Source of the DNA: Azolla caroliniana
Taxonomy: Eukaryota > Plantae > Polypodiophyta
DNA length: 64,000 nt
Assembly (NCBI GenBank): GCA_043228905.1
Contig: JBHGNT010000001.1
Coordinates: forward strand, 17,794,001 to 17,858,000
Direction: 5' to 3'
The notes under the pieces were generated by a model. That model did no database searches. It worked only from the letters and a program-made list of their open reading frames with translations, and was not told the origin of the DNA. Each line of letters opens with the position of its first letter. Positions within the stretch are counted from its first letter, which is position 1. This document shows positions 50,144 to 63,600 of this stretch, in pieces. The position numbers and the translations under genes were made by a program.

Positions 50144-52836
50144 TGTTATGTACACATAATGTAGGTGAGGGTAGGTCACTAATATTTACATAAGTGAAGG
50201 CTATGTTCACTAATGTTAGAAAGGGACTAATGTAATTGGATAGAAGGAATGATAAGGGCATGCACTATCATGATCTTGACAATCAATGAATGGAGAGCTT
50301 TTTAGAAAGTCACATCTATTCAAAGGGCCTAAGGAAAAGGTATAAATATGAGGCTTAACTACCCTCATAAGGGACATTACGTCAGAAGGTTGTTGTCTTA
50401 GACACCAATGGTGTGGCCTAAGCTTTCGTCATGATGATCATGTTAATATCTTCTAAGGCATTAGTCATCCTAATATCCGGCGATATGGGACAACGATGGT
50501 AGGTTGGCTCTGTCTTGATCATAGGTCGGGGGTGGTCGGTTGGAATGGGTTCTTCTATTTAATCTATTTACCTTGTTTTTACTTTATTTTGGTCTATTGA
50601 TTAGTAATAGACTCTTAACAATGATATCAGAGCGTGTACTAACATTTTTTTTTTGTTTTGATGTTTTTTTTATGAGTGATGGGGATCTAACAAGGCTCAT
50701 CATGCTCTTCTCAGGATCAAAACAACATTCTAGACTCGATATTCTTCTTTCTCAATCTCGCTCTTCTTTTCTACGACGCGTTCTTCTTGGTCGAATGAAA
50801 TTTGTATTACGTTTTCTTTTCTTTTCTTTCTTCTTTGCTACCATGGTACGATTTTAATTCTTATTGTGCATAGGGTCAAGCATGTGTGCACTAATCGCAC
50901 ACACTCAACTCATGGCCCTTTTGCATATTGCGTTGTATTTGCCACTCTACTGTCTATTGAGCCATTTCTTGGACAATTCTATGGGATGTTGTGGCGCACA
51001 ACACCACCACCACCGCTTGTATCAATTTATGGCTTATGTCACAATTGTACAACTTACTATCACCATATTTGGATGGATATGTGCATACCTCGCACCATCC
51101 ATTTATTTGAGGCATTTTTTTTTGTAGCTCATACATGGGTTTTTTGAACCGAGTTTTCGTCACTTCTTGTCTCACATAGGTAGTGACTTATTTTATATCT
51201 TTTTTCATAACATTTGGTTGTAACTTGCAAGACTACTTGCGAGTGCACTTATTTTTGCACGTAATACACTTTTTTGACCATACCAATACATGTTGGGTTG
51301 GCAATTTCACACAAGGCTAACTAGGAAATTACGTTGATGCTAGAACCATGGTTGGGCCTCAAGGAGCCGCCATGATTATTCAAGATAGAGATCCAAGAAA
51401 GACATTTTAGCTATGGTTTGTCCCATGGTTCTTAAAACACCATAGTGTTTCCATATTTATCAGATCTCGAGTCCCATCTTATATGTCTAGAGGGGTAAGA
51501 CGTGAGATGTTTTCTTGGACAAAGTTCTTCCAATCAAAATTTCAAGGATTCATTTTGCTTGCATATTTTCTGAACCTCCTTATTTATGTTGCATACACAC
51601 AACTTGCATCATAGAACAAGTTTTGAACGTTGTTGGAGCAATATCTCTTACCAAGACCTCGCAACTCCAATCAGCATCCCCCACATAGGCTGTGATCACT
51701 ATTGAGCAATTGGTCACTACTACCTTGAATCAATTGACGTAAGTGTGGTGAGTCAATATGACATTGAAAAAGAAATTCTAAGAATTGACTATTGAGTCCA
51801 AGTTCACCTTCTTTCGTAGTCATGCCATTCAAGGGAGATAAGAAAGAAAGAGCGAAGGAGGCCATTAGCATTTGGCTTGGTTGTTGGGAGTCTCACTTTG
51901 AGCTCCATCCTAAGACAAACACTGTACAAAAATTGGTTATCTCGGTCGTGAGTTGGGTGAACGAGCTACTGCGTGCTGGCACAACCTAAGGACTACCAAG
52001 AACTTACCCACAACTTGGGAAGGTTTCGTCGATGTTTTCAAGAAATAGTTCTTGCAGCCACCTTCTCAAACCAAACAAGCGCAACAGTTGCTCATGTTGT
52101 TGAGCAAGCCCTTTACCTCTCTCAAGGATTATGTGCATCATGCTCAGACCTAGATCCAAAAATAGAGACTTACAGGTGAGAAATGGTTTGTCGCTTGTTT
52201 CTTGAATGATATTCTCAATGGGGATTACCATTGGTTTGTCCATGACAAGGACCCCACAATTTTCGAGGAAGTGGTCAACATTGTAGTTTGGTACCATAGG
52301 ACTCCCAAGAAAGACCACAATAAACCTGAGTTTGCCAAAACTCCGAATATCAAGTTCATTGGGAAACGTAAGCAATCCAATGAGAATCTTGACAATGACT
52401 CAAAGAAATGGAACCTCTTCCGTGTATATTGCAAGAAGTGTGGCCACATAAATGATACCCGTCGTCGACTTGATAGGAAGTCAACAAACATCCCTCAAGA
52501 AAAATCCACGAGTCACATATGCCAATCTTCTGATGTTATTGAAGTTCATACCAACCACTTAAGTTCATGTGAATGAACTTTTTCTTCACATTTACTTGGA
52601 CCTAATGATTTACTTCGAGCACTCGGATATATCAATGGAACACAAACATATTTCTTGTTTGATTTTGATAGTTCTCATAATGATCTTAATGATCACTTGG
52701 TAGAACAAATGCAACTCCACATAAACACAAGTGACCATATCTATCAAGTTCACATGGCCAAAGGAGGCGTCCAATACATCAAAGACATTGTTTGTCAATT
52801 CCCAATTCAAATAGATACCTATATGGAGAAGCTTGA
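50144..52836 (+). mobile_element. Chromovirus-family Gypsy 'F1', 5' part (LTR, PBS, gag, start of protease)
   Basis: LTR 50144-50620 (TGTTA...TAACA), PBS TGATATCAGAGC (Met-type, one mismatch), knuckle YCKKCGH. Region 52557-52836 matches the rc of 63720-64000. Confidence 0.85.
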
Positions 52837-53316
52837 TGTTAAGAGTCTATTACTAATCAATAGACCAAACTAAAGTAAAAGCAGGAAAATAGAATGGATA
52901 GAAGAACCCGTTCCACCCAACCACCCTCGAGCTATGATCTAGACATAGCCAACCTACCACCGACATCCCATACCGCCGGATATTAGGATGACTAATACCT
53001 TGGAAGAGATAAACACAATCATCGAGACGAAAGCCTAGTCCGCACCACCAGTGTCTAAGACAACAACCTTCCGACGTAATGTGATTATGAGGGTAGCTAA
53101 TCCTCGTATTTATATCTTTTCCTAGGCCCCTTGAATAGATGTGCCTTTCTAAAAGGCTCTCCATTCATTGGTTGTCCAAATCATGATAGTGCATGCACCT
53201 ACCATTCCTTCTATCCAATCATTTGTCCCCTTTTTAACATTATTGAACGTACCCTTCACTAATGTAAATATTAGTGACCTACCCTCACCAATGTTATGTG
53301 TACATAACATACTCCC

Positions 53317-53465
53317 CTACTTCAAAAGATTGCACTCTTGCAATATAAAGTGAGGAAATTTTGCCTTAATAGTATGCTCGCGTTCCCATGTGGCATCATC
53401 AATAGGTTTATCCATCCATTTGACATTGAATAGCCGAATCTCTTTGGAACGTAAACTTTTAGTAC
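53317..53465 (-). pseudogene. Integrase C-terminal chromodomain remnant of F2
   Basis: KSLRSKEIRLFNVKWMDKPIDDATWERE...FPHF immediately upstream of the PPT. Confidence 0.8.
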
Positions 53466-53908
53466 TGTCATCAACACATGACATTATGACGTCACCCGAA
53501 CTTGAACCTCGATCCTTGTAATCCATACTTGAAAACCTCAACCATTAAGATAGCTTATTTTTATATGAAACAATAAAAGCTACTTCTTATATTACATTGA
53601 TTATTGTAAAACCTTTTGATTATTCTAGAATGTTTTAGAATGTCCGAGAGCATTCTAGGTCTAGAACATTCTAGAACATTCTAGAAATCTCTAAGCTATT
53701 CTATAGGAACCTATAAATAAGGGCATACATGTATTCTCAAATCATTTCGAATCAACACTAGTCTTTAGCTCTCATTACATATCTTGTATCCATTCTCTTT
53801 CTTTCTCTATCTTATACATCCATTCTTCTCTGAGTATTTCGTTCCTTTCTTCTCGTGTTCTCTAATATCCTTCTTCCATCACTCTATCTTTTATCCTTGG
53901 TTCTAACA
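53466..53908 (+). mobile_element. Probable orphan LTR with TTCTAGAA repeats
   Basis: TG start, clustered TCTAGA motifs, CCTATAAATAAGGG at about 53711, pyrimidine-rich 3' part ending TAACA. Right boundary uncertain. Confidence 0.4.
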
Positions 53909-54977
53909 AGTACTAGAATCAAGAATTCGTTCAGGAACATAAGGTTTGTAAGAAAAATCCTCTAATGTTACAAGATCTTGGATTGTGATGGTGTTATCAC
54001 CAGAGACTAAATATGGTTTTAGACGGGTAACGTGAAAAATAGGATGAATACAAACGTTATGGGGTAAGGCAAGGTGATAAGTAGATGCCCTAACCTGCTT
54101 AAGTATTTCAAATGGGCCACAATATCATGGGGCTAACTTAGCGTTGTCGTAGAGTAATTCGCACACTACGTGAGAATTACATTTTTGTCCCTTCGGATGG
54201 GACATAGAGACCCAGGAAGAGCCGGATGAGGAGGAACCGGTGAGAACTGGATGAAGGATGGAATCGGCAAGTAGAACCGGCAAGAGCCGGATAAAGAAGG
54301 CCGGTGAGAGTCTCTCACCGGATGAAGAGACAAATTTGTAAACAGAAGAAAAGATTGTTACATGCATAGGGTAGGATTCGAACCCTATACCTCGATATGT
54401 TAACGATTTTAAGCCTTTCCACTATACTAGAATATTATGAAATTTAAAGTTATACTAAACTTTATCCCATGTAAATATTCTAGATATGCATGGTACAAAA
54501 AGTTATTCATGCATACACACTCGAGTTAAAAGAAAAGATGGGATAGAAAGCTAATCATGCACATGAAGTGTGCATGAAAACTAAAGTTAGGAAAAGCATG
54601 ATGCTTGCATGTGATAAACTTAGACTCTTCCAACACTATATAAGGAAAAGAGGAAGATGTATAGGGGTTGTTGACTTTTTTATACGAATTGATTAATACA
54701 AAATATACGTGGGATTCACAATTTTACCATGTAATTCTCTCTTACAATCTAAGTATCCATTAATACATTATGCTCGTGGGATTCACGAGTTTCACATCTC
54801 TATCTTGCAATCTATTCTTAACAAAACCTATCTCATATTCTTCTTCTCCTAGTTCAAAACCTCAGTGGTTCCCACCCAACTCACGCAACGATCCAGAGCT
54901 GAAAGGCACGACACAAGTGGTGAACCCAACGTGAAAACAGGTGGCAAGGAGATGGAAAACAACCGGAGGCTAACAAC

Positions 54978-56300
54978 ATGATGATGATGTTCGAGCGGAT
55001 GCTTCAAGAACAACGTGTGATCTCGGAGATAGCGGCGGTAGTAGAGCGGCTCGTGCAACGGATTGGGCAATTCAATGGAAAGGACATATCACGCTATCTT
55101 CAGGACTACAGGGCGGAAATTCTACGATGTGGGATTTCGGAAGGACTGGAAGGGACATCCTTCAACCAGGTGGCTACCGACGGGCTTGAAGCAAGTATCC
55201 ACGAGCTACGACAACAAAATCCGACGTGGGAAGCGTTTGAAGAGGCGCTAAAGACCATGTTCGCTATCGAGGACTCCTCGAAGGCAATGCGGAGAGGATT
55301 CAAGGATTGGGTAAAAACGTCGGACAAGGGGATGAAGGTCCTCGATGTGTTTTCGGAATTCGAAAGTTGGTTCGGGAGGTTGTCTGCGAGAGATCAAGCT
55401 ATCCTTGCACCAAAAAAAGCTATCATGTTATTACGAGCCGTAGACGTCCGATACCGGAAGGATCTTGGAGTGCTTCTAGAGGACATGACTACCGAGAATG
55501 GCCTCACCGAAACATGGGAAAGTGTGCAGGATATCGTCGCGCGACACACAAAGAGGGGGCAATGGCTTGCCAACGAAGAAAATAGGGTTTCGGAACCGAT
55601 TCCAAAACTGAGATCCGGATCGGAAGACCATCAACCGCGGGCTGGGGAAGCTATGACCGAGAAGGGAATCAACGCAACTACGGTGGAGCAGTTGCTGAAG
55701 GAGATGGAGAATCTAAAAATCGTGATGGTGAAGAAGTCGGATGACCTTCCCACAAGTTCCAAGTATATGGACCGTCGATGCATATGGTGCGATAGCACCG
55801 AACATGATCAGAGAGATTGCGACGAGCACAAGGAGGCGTTACGATGGGATCTTATCTACTACGAGGGAAATCAGATTCATTCGATGGAATCTCGGATGCC
55901 ACTTAGACCGAACTTCCGGGAAGGTGGCATGAAGAAGGTCCTAGAGGAGGAGATCCCGATGAAAGACAATTATGCGACAACCGCGGGAATACATGTGGGG
56001 GAGTCATCTGCAACAAAGGCGTCTTTTTGGCCGGAAGTGTTAGAAATTTCGAAGGAAGCCAACCATGATGAAATCCAAAGCGCTGCGGAAGGTATCCGGG
56101 AAGCTACAAGATGGGAGTGCCCCGTAGATAAGAATAGCGTAGATGCGCTATGCCAATTGCATGAAGTGTATGTGGATGAAAAACGACAGCACACGGACCA
56201 TCAAAGACATTGGAAAGCTGGAATTCCGGAGGGAAGGGAAAAGAAAAGACGATTCCGGCATTCAAGGTCATCTCGGACATCAAACAACAAATGGACTTGA
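54978..56300 (+). CDS. Gypsy G gag
   Basis: 440-aa ORF right after the PBS, with knuckle-like CIWCDSTEHDQRDC; homologous to the element C gag. Confidence 0.8.
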   Translation: MMMMFERMLQEQRVISEIAAVVERLVQRIGQFNGKDISRYLQDYRAEILRCGISEGLEGTSFNQVATDGLEASIHELRQQNPTWEAFEEALKTMFAIEDSSKAMRRGFKDWVKTSDKGMKVLDVFSEFESWFGRLSARDQAILAPKKAIMLLRAVDVRYRKDLGVLLEDMTTENGLTETWESVQDIVARHTKRGQWLANEENRVSEPIPKLRSGSEDHQPRAGEAMTEKGINATTVEQLLKEMENLKIVMVKKSDDLPTSSKYMDRRCIWCDSTEHDQRDCDEHKEALRWDLIYYEGNQIHSMESRMPLRPNFREGGMKKVLEEEIPMKDNYATTAGIHVGESSATKASFWPEVLEISKEANHDEIQSAAEGIREATRWECPVDKNSVDALCQLHEVYVDEKRQHTDHQRHWKAGIPEGREKKRRFRHSRSSRTSNNKWT

Positions 56301-59140
56301 AAAAGGTGTTTGAAGAGAGAATCCTCGAGATCCGGGTAGAATTTTCGCTTCGGGAATTACTCGAAATAACGAAGGAGTTCCACGATCTTCCTGTGGATCT
56401 CGTGAAGAGAAAAAGACAAAGTACGGAGGAAACTGCTCCAAGGGTGAATGCAAATACCTTCTTAATGAATGACACCAAAGTGGAGTATGAAATACCGAAC
56501 TCCCACTACACAAGGCCACACTGGGCACGTGCAACTACGGAGACTCCGGTCCAAATCGGCAACATCAAAGACTCCGTGCTAGCATTGATTGATCACGTAT
56601 CGAAGATCAATTTGATGTCCAAGGAGTTCGACCGGAAGGGGAAGTGGCCTATAAACACTAGCCATGGATGGAAGATCCGGGCAGCCACTAAAGCAACAAA
56701 AGATCTATTTGCGGCTTGTCCGGATATGACGGTGAAGATTGGGGATGTCGAGATCGACCAAAATTTCTTCGTACAAGACGAGGTCTCAGATTCCGTGATC
56801 CTCGGGCAACCCTTTATCACGGCTTCACGGATGGAGACAAAGGTGCTCGATAGAGTCAATAGGGACACACAAAAAAACTTTCTGACCAATAGTAAATGCA
56901 CGAGGACGTCTATCTTGATCAACATAAAATTGAGCACGATCTTGAGTTGTCTTGACATTCTCTTTGGCAATATGCACCTAACACTTTCCGAAGAGAAATC
57001 AGCATTCAAACAAGAAGAAATATTGGTAATCGGATATCTATGTGGGGCCTACGACCGAACACCGTCACCAACCAAGATCGATGCGATTCAAGCTATGAAA
57101 GAAGTATGCGAGTCACAATCTGATGTCCGAAGGTTTCTTGGAGCATGTGCATTCTATCACATATGGATTCCGCACTATGCACATATTACGGACCCACTCT
57201 ATCACTTGTTGCGGAAGGGTAAGAAGTTCGAATGGAAGCCGGAGCATACCAAAGCCGTGGAGAAGCTCAAGAAATCACTACGGAGGGCAAAAGCACTAAA
57301 GAAGCCTAACTATGACCGATCGATCATAGTAACGATTGACACAAGTACAACCGGAATCGGATGGGTCATCAATCAAGCCGATCTGGATGGTTCGCGATAT
57401 CTGATCCGATTCGGAGCAAAGGTTCTCAACAAAAGGCAACGCGGGTATGCACAAGTCAAAAGAGAATTATGGGGAGTCGTGTCGGTTCTTAAATTGGATC
57501 GAGATTATTTGATCGGAGCTGAAGTAGTGATCGAAACGGATTGTCTTTCAATACTCGGGATGATGCGGTGTTGCACGATACCGGATGTGGCTATGCTAAG
57601 GTGGATTGCATATGCTAAGTCACTTAATTCGGAGGTACGACACATCTCCGGAAAAGACAACGCGGTAGCGGATATGCTATCAAGGGCGCGGTTCGGAGAT
57701 GACATAACCGAATCCGATAATGAAGAAGTTTTCGAAGACTACTTTTTGCTTCGGAGCACATAGGCCGGGTGAACGTAATCCGAGAATTCCAGGAAGAAGA
57801 ATACGAGGGAGAAAGCTTGTTGATCGGGAAAATGCTACAAGCAATGGAGGAATCATTGGACAATAAAGAGAAGAGATCCGAGGGAGCCGAAAACACCGGA
57901 TGGCATACCACTTCGGTTAGTCGGGATGAAAGAGCAACGAAACCGGATAATGTCCGAATTTCACGTATCCGAATGGGCTGGACATCGAGGAACATGGGCA
58001 AGTTTTGTGGAAATCAAACAAAAATATTGGTGGAAGAATATGTACAAAGATATAGTAGAGTTCATGGAAAGCTGTGAGAAGTGTCAAATCTACTCCAGAG
58101 TTCGACACCGAGATGAGTTACATCGGACATTCTCGCCGACAGTCAACTTCAAATGGATGGTCGATATTGTAGCCATGCCAACCGGGATCGGACAAAGGAA
58201 GTACTTGGTGTTAGCTCGGGAAGATCTCACAAACCAAGTAGAAGGTCGAGCACTACGAAGGAAAACGTGTTTTGCGGTATGCCAATTTCTTTTGGAGAAG
58301 GTGTTTTGCAGGTACGGGTGCGTAGGACAAGTGATTGCGGATCGGGGAGAACTTGACTCTGACAAAACTAGGGGTTTCTTCGCCGAACATGGAGTTCGGT
58401 TAACACTGACAACGACATACAATCCAGAAGCCAACGGGAAGATCGAACGAGGACATAGTCTGATCGTCAAAGCACTTGTGAAGGCATGCGATGGAAGGGT
58501 GAAGGATTGGCCGCAGATGCTTCCGTATGCACTATGGGTGGATCAGACGACGCATAGCTCCGTAACCGGTTACATGCTGGCAGAACTCATGATCGGACAA
58601 GCACCGGTAATGCCAACGGAAACCGCAATTGCGACATGGACAGTGCTACCGTGGAAGGAAGAGATGAGCCGGGAAGAACTACTAGCGGTCCGGATACAAC
58701 AACTAGAGGGAAGACCGGAAGACATAGAGGAAGCAATATGCCGACAACAAGAAGCACGATTCCGGAATAAAAGCTGGTTCGACACAAAGCACCGACTACG
58801 ACCGCGGAAGATTGAAGAATGAGATTGGGTGATTGTCTATGCTAGTAGTTTGGCTCATCAACATACAACGATGTGGAAGTTCGAGAAAAGGTGGTTCGGG
58901 CCATACGAGGTTCGAAAATTTTTCGACAATGGAACTTACCGATTATGTGAGTTGGATGGAACGATGCTACGAGTGCCTATAGCCGGGGAACGGGTGAAGA
59001 TTTTCAAGAAGCAGACTGATGAAGAACCCTATGTGATTCTAGACAAGACTGACAAGGAGGAGCAATCGAACAAAGATCGTGGTGATGCGGATAGCGAAGA
59101 AAGTGGATTTCAACTCATAGTCGACATAAGGGGAGAATAG
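56210..59140 (+). pseudogene. Gypsy G pol (protease, RT end, RNase H, integrase)
   Basis: ALIDHVSKINLM...VILGQPF (PR); VRRFLGAC; IDTSTTGIG...KRELWG...ETDC (RH); WMVDIV, IADRGE, YNPEANGKIERG and WFGPY (INT). Frameshifts and stops; YxDD region missing. Confidence 0.9.
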
Positions 59141-59978
59141 GAGAGTGCTACGGATGAAGACGAACAACAGGCATCGGGAACTTCAGCATATACCAGAGGA
59201 TGTGCGGGTTTGGAGGGGGCAAGTGTCGTAGTGTAATTCGCACACTACGTGAGAATTGCATTTTTGTCCCTTCGGATGGGACATTGAGACCCGCCCAGAG
59301 CCAGATGAGGAGGAACCGGTGAGAACCGGAGCCAGCAGAACCGGATAAAGAAGGCCGGTGAGAGTCTCTCACCGGATGAAGAGACAAATTTGTAAACAGA
59401 AGAAACGATTGTTACATGCATAGGCCAGGATTCGAACCCTATACCTCGATGTTAATGATTTTAAGCCTTTCCACTATACTAGAATATTATGAATTTTAAA
59501 GTTATACTAAACTTTATCCCATGTAAATATTCTAGATATGCATGGTACAAAAAGTTATTCATGCATACACACTCGAGTTAAAAGAAAAGATGGGATAGAA
59601 AGCTAATCATGCACATGAAGTGTGCATGAAAACTAAAGTTAGGAAAAGCATGATGCTTGCATGTGATAAACTTAGACTCTTCCAACACTATATAAGGAAG
59701 AGAGGAAGATGTATAGGGGTTGTTGATTTTTTATACGGATTGATTAATACAAAATATTCGTGGGATTCACGATTTTACGATCTAATTCTCTCTTACAATC
59801 TAAGTATCCATTAATACATTATACTCGTGGGATTCACGAGTTTCACATCTCTATTTTGCAATCTATTCGTAACAAAACCTATCTCATATTCTTCTTCTCC
59901 TAGAGCAAAACCTCAGTGGTTCCCACCCAACTCACGCAACGATCCGGAGCCTAAAGGCACGACAGCGCACGTGCCCAG

Positions 59979-60691
59979 TGTCATAGTGTATTTTGTACAC
60001 TACGTGAAAAACTTATAAAGTACCGATTTAATAAATATGAATAAATAGTAGAAAAGATTAAAATATATATAACATGCATAGGGCAAGATTCAAACCTTAC
60101 ACCTCCATGTTAATAATGTAATGTCTTACCATTACACTAGCATTTCATTCGTGTTAAAAAGTAGATGTCCCACATAAAAAACGTAAGTTCACGTAGGATA
60201 AACTTTAGTTAAAAGAAAAACGCAAGCTAAAAGAAAAAGCTACGCATGCACATCTAGCGTGCATGAACGCTATAGTTGATAAAAAACGCACAAGTTAGAA
60301 AAAGCATAATTACTTTAGATAAAGCATATAGTCTATCTATAGGAAAAGCATGGAGTCTATAATTAGAGAAAACGCATGGGTTAGAAAAGTCTCTCTCATC
60401 TCTATATAAGGATGAGGAGCACAATGTAATGGGGTATGTGAAATATTTGGGAAATTGGATATATTTCCTAAAACACCAATAATAAAATAGAATCGTGGGA
60501 TTCACGAAGTTTTATAATCTATCTCTATCAATCTAAATACATATTCTTACATAAATATTAATCAATAAAATACATTATACTTGTGGGATTCACAAGTTTT
60601 TAATAATCTACTCATAATTATAATCGTCTCAAATTCTTCCTCTTCCTAGTCCATAGCCACAGTGGTTCCCACCCGACTCACGCAAACGATC
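59979..60691 (+). mobile_element. LTR 'H' of a family related to G, truncated at the 3' end
   Basis: TGTCATAGTGTA...ACACTACGTGA start, GTGGGATTCAC repeats and GTGGTTCCCACCC.ACTCACGCAA end shared with the G LTRs. Confidence 0.8.
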
Positions 60692-63600
60692 GTAGACAAT
60701 GACTTAGAGTCAATAGGGACACACAAAAAAACTTTCTGACCAATAGTAAATGCACGAGGACGTCTATCCTGATCAACATAAAATCGAGGACGATCTTGAG
60801 ATGTCTTGACATTCTCTTTGGCAATATGCAACATTTGGTTCATGTCTTGCAAAAAATTGTGTGTACTGTCCAATGTATCACGATGAATCATAACATCCAA
60901 TGGGGCACGTGGCTGAAAACCATACGTCAACATAAAACGACTATATCTAGTGGATGTATGTTTAGAGCTATTATAGGCAAATTCTAACATAGGAAGGTAT
61001 TGCTCCCACTTAGAAGGGGTTTTTGCTACATAAGCTCGAAGCATGTCCTCAATAATTTGGTTAACTCATTCAGTTTGTTCATCAGACTACGGATTATCTG
61101 CGGAACTCATGCTCAACATAGATTCTAGTTTCTTAAAGACTTGAGTCCAAAAGTCACTAGTAAACTTGGAATCTCGACCACTAATAATATCCATAGGTAA
61201 TCCATAAAATCGAAATTACTGATCAACAAATTGATAACCCAATTGTTGAGCGGTTACCGTGGTTTTGGTAGGAATAAATCTAGCCAATTTTGTTAGTATG
61301 TCAACGATAACCCAAATGGCATCATGACCCCTCTGTGTAGGAAGTAAACTAACAATAAAATCCATCGAGATACTTTCCCTTTTGTTGTTGGGAATATCTA
61401 AGGGATATAAAAGACCAGAAGCTTTAAGTCATTCCGACTTATTAATCTGACATTGGAAGCATTGAGTTACATATTTATGCACGTCAGAGTGCATCTTAGG
61501 CTAGGAAAAAGTACCCGAGATGAGAATGAGTGTGCGTTGTATTCCAGGATGACTAGCAAATGGTGCATCATGACATTCATGAAGAATTTTCTGTTTTACG
61601 TTTGGTAAATCTGGAACACAAACCCTTCCACTACGGTAGAGCAAACCGTTTGTAATGTGAAAGGTCACCTTCGAGGGTAGGGTGCTAGTATCAGCATCTA
61701 AAGCAGATTCGGTTTTCGTCCAGTATTTCGAAAAATAACTGTCATCAAGGTATTTTCCTCGAAGGTGATCTAAAAGATCAGATTTTATATCGGTGAAGCT
61801 AAGCATGTTAACTTCTTTAATGCGACTAACAGCATCCGCAACAATGTTCATAGAACCCTTGTGATACCGTATGGAAAAATCAAAATCTTGTATAAGGTTA
61901 GCCCAACGGCCTTTACGACCAAAATACTTTAATGATTGATGGTTTGTTCTAACAACAAATTTATTTCCATAGAGATAGTGCATCCATGTTTTAAGTGCAT
62001 GTATTACCGCAAACAACTCTTTATGTTGAACCGAATACCGAGATTGAGCAGCATCAAGCTTCTTACTTTCAAAAGCAATAGGGTGACCAACTTGATAAAG
62101 AACGACACCAATAGCATAATCACTAGCATCGGTTTCAATTGAGAAAGGCTTAGAAGGGTCCGGTAATAGAAGAGTGGGAGCTTGACACACATGCTCTTTG
62201 AATGATTGATGGTTTGTTCTAACAACAAATTTATTTCCATAGAGATAGTGCCTCCATGTTTTAAGTGCATGTATTACCGCAAACAACTCTTTATGTTGAA
62301 CTGAATACCGAGATTGAGTAGCACCAAGCTTCTTACTTTCAAAAGCAATAGGGTGACTGACTTGATAAAGAACGACACCAATAGCATAATCATTAGCATC
62401 GGTTTCAATTGAGAAAGGCTTAGAAGGGTCCGGTAATAGAAGAGTGGGAGCTTGACACACATGCTCTTTGAATGTCTCAAATGATTTGTCAAGTTGTTCA
62501 TTCGATGCAATTGGTTTGACAAACTTATGTGGATGGCCTTTTAAAAGGTCAGTTAATGGCATAGTCAATTTGGAATAGTTACGAATTGATTTTTGTAAAA
62601 ATCCAACAAACCCTAAGAATGATCTCACTTCATGAATATTACGAGGAATGGGCCAAAGTTTAACCTTTTCAATACGAGAAGGTTCAATTTCAACACCATT
62701 TTCCGTAATTAAATGACCTAGGTACACAATAGATTTTTGGAAAAAATCACATTTTGAATGTTTTGCATAGAAAGAGTTGTCACACAACTTTTGCAAAACA
62801 AATCGAACATGTTGAACATGATCTTGCAAGGTACGGCTATATATCAAAATATCATCCAAGAAGACGACAACAAAATCACCGAGTTGATCTCTAAAAACGT
62901 CATTGATCGCTTGTTGGAATGTGGCTGGAGCATTAGTCAGCCTGAAAGGCATGACTAAAAACTCATAATGGCCATAGTGCGTACGAAAACCGGTTTTAGG
63001 AATATCATCCTCGGCAATGCAAATCTAATGATAACCTGTCAGTAAGTCAATTTTCGTAAAATATCGGACTCCATGCAAACGATCAATCAAATCATCAGCA
63101 CGAGGTAACGGATATGCATTTTTAATTGTCATTTTATTCAAACGGCGATAATTGATACACATTCTACATGAACCTTCCTTCTTCTTAACTAATAGAATTG
63201 GCGCACCCCAAGGTAATTTACTATACCTAATGTGGCCCATACTCAAGTATTCCTTAAGTTTTTTAGCAATCTCATCGTCTTCTAATCGACTAAGTCGGTA
63301 AGGTGGAATGCGCACAGGAGCAGCACTAGGAATGAGTTCAATTTGATGGTCCATATTACGTTTTGGTGGTAAAGTAAGCAGCAATCCGTTAGGAAACACG
63401 TCTTGAAAATCATCTAAAAAGGAGTCGAGTAATCATTTTTCATAATGTGGTAATTGTGTGGCGTGAATATTAAAATAATAAAATTGAAGCGCAGGATCAA
63501 TTACACACGAATAAATTAATGAACTTGAATACTCACTTAAAGATTTAGAAGACACAAGTGAACGAGAAGGAAGTTTGGAACATTGAATAAAATGTTTACA

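Larger units (their letters stand above)
54145..59964 (+). mobile_element. Ty3/Gypsy LTR retrotransposon 'G' (tRNA-Trp primed), most of RT deleted
   Basis: LTRs 54145-54913 and 59224-59964 (TGTCG...CGACA). TSD GCGT/GCGC. PBS TGGTGAACCCAACGTGA at 54918-54934, PPT GGTTTGGAGGGGGCAAG. Confidence 0.95.

Noticed and set aside
50144-53309. Long-TIR (MULE/foldback) element
   Set aside because: The repeats are LTRs: one is followed by a Met PBS, the other is adjacent to a PPT and chromodomain.
54370-54432. Functional tRNA gene
   Set aside because: A and B boxes are present but I find no acceptor or anticodon stem; reported only as a tRNA-like motif.
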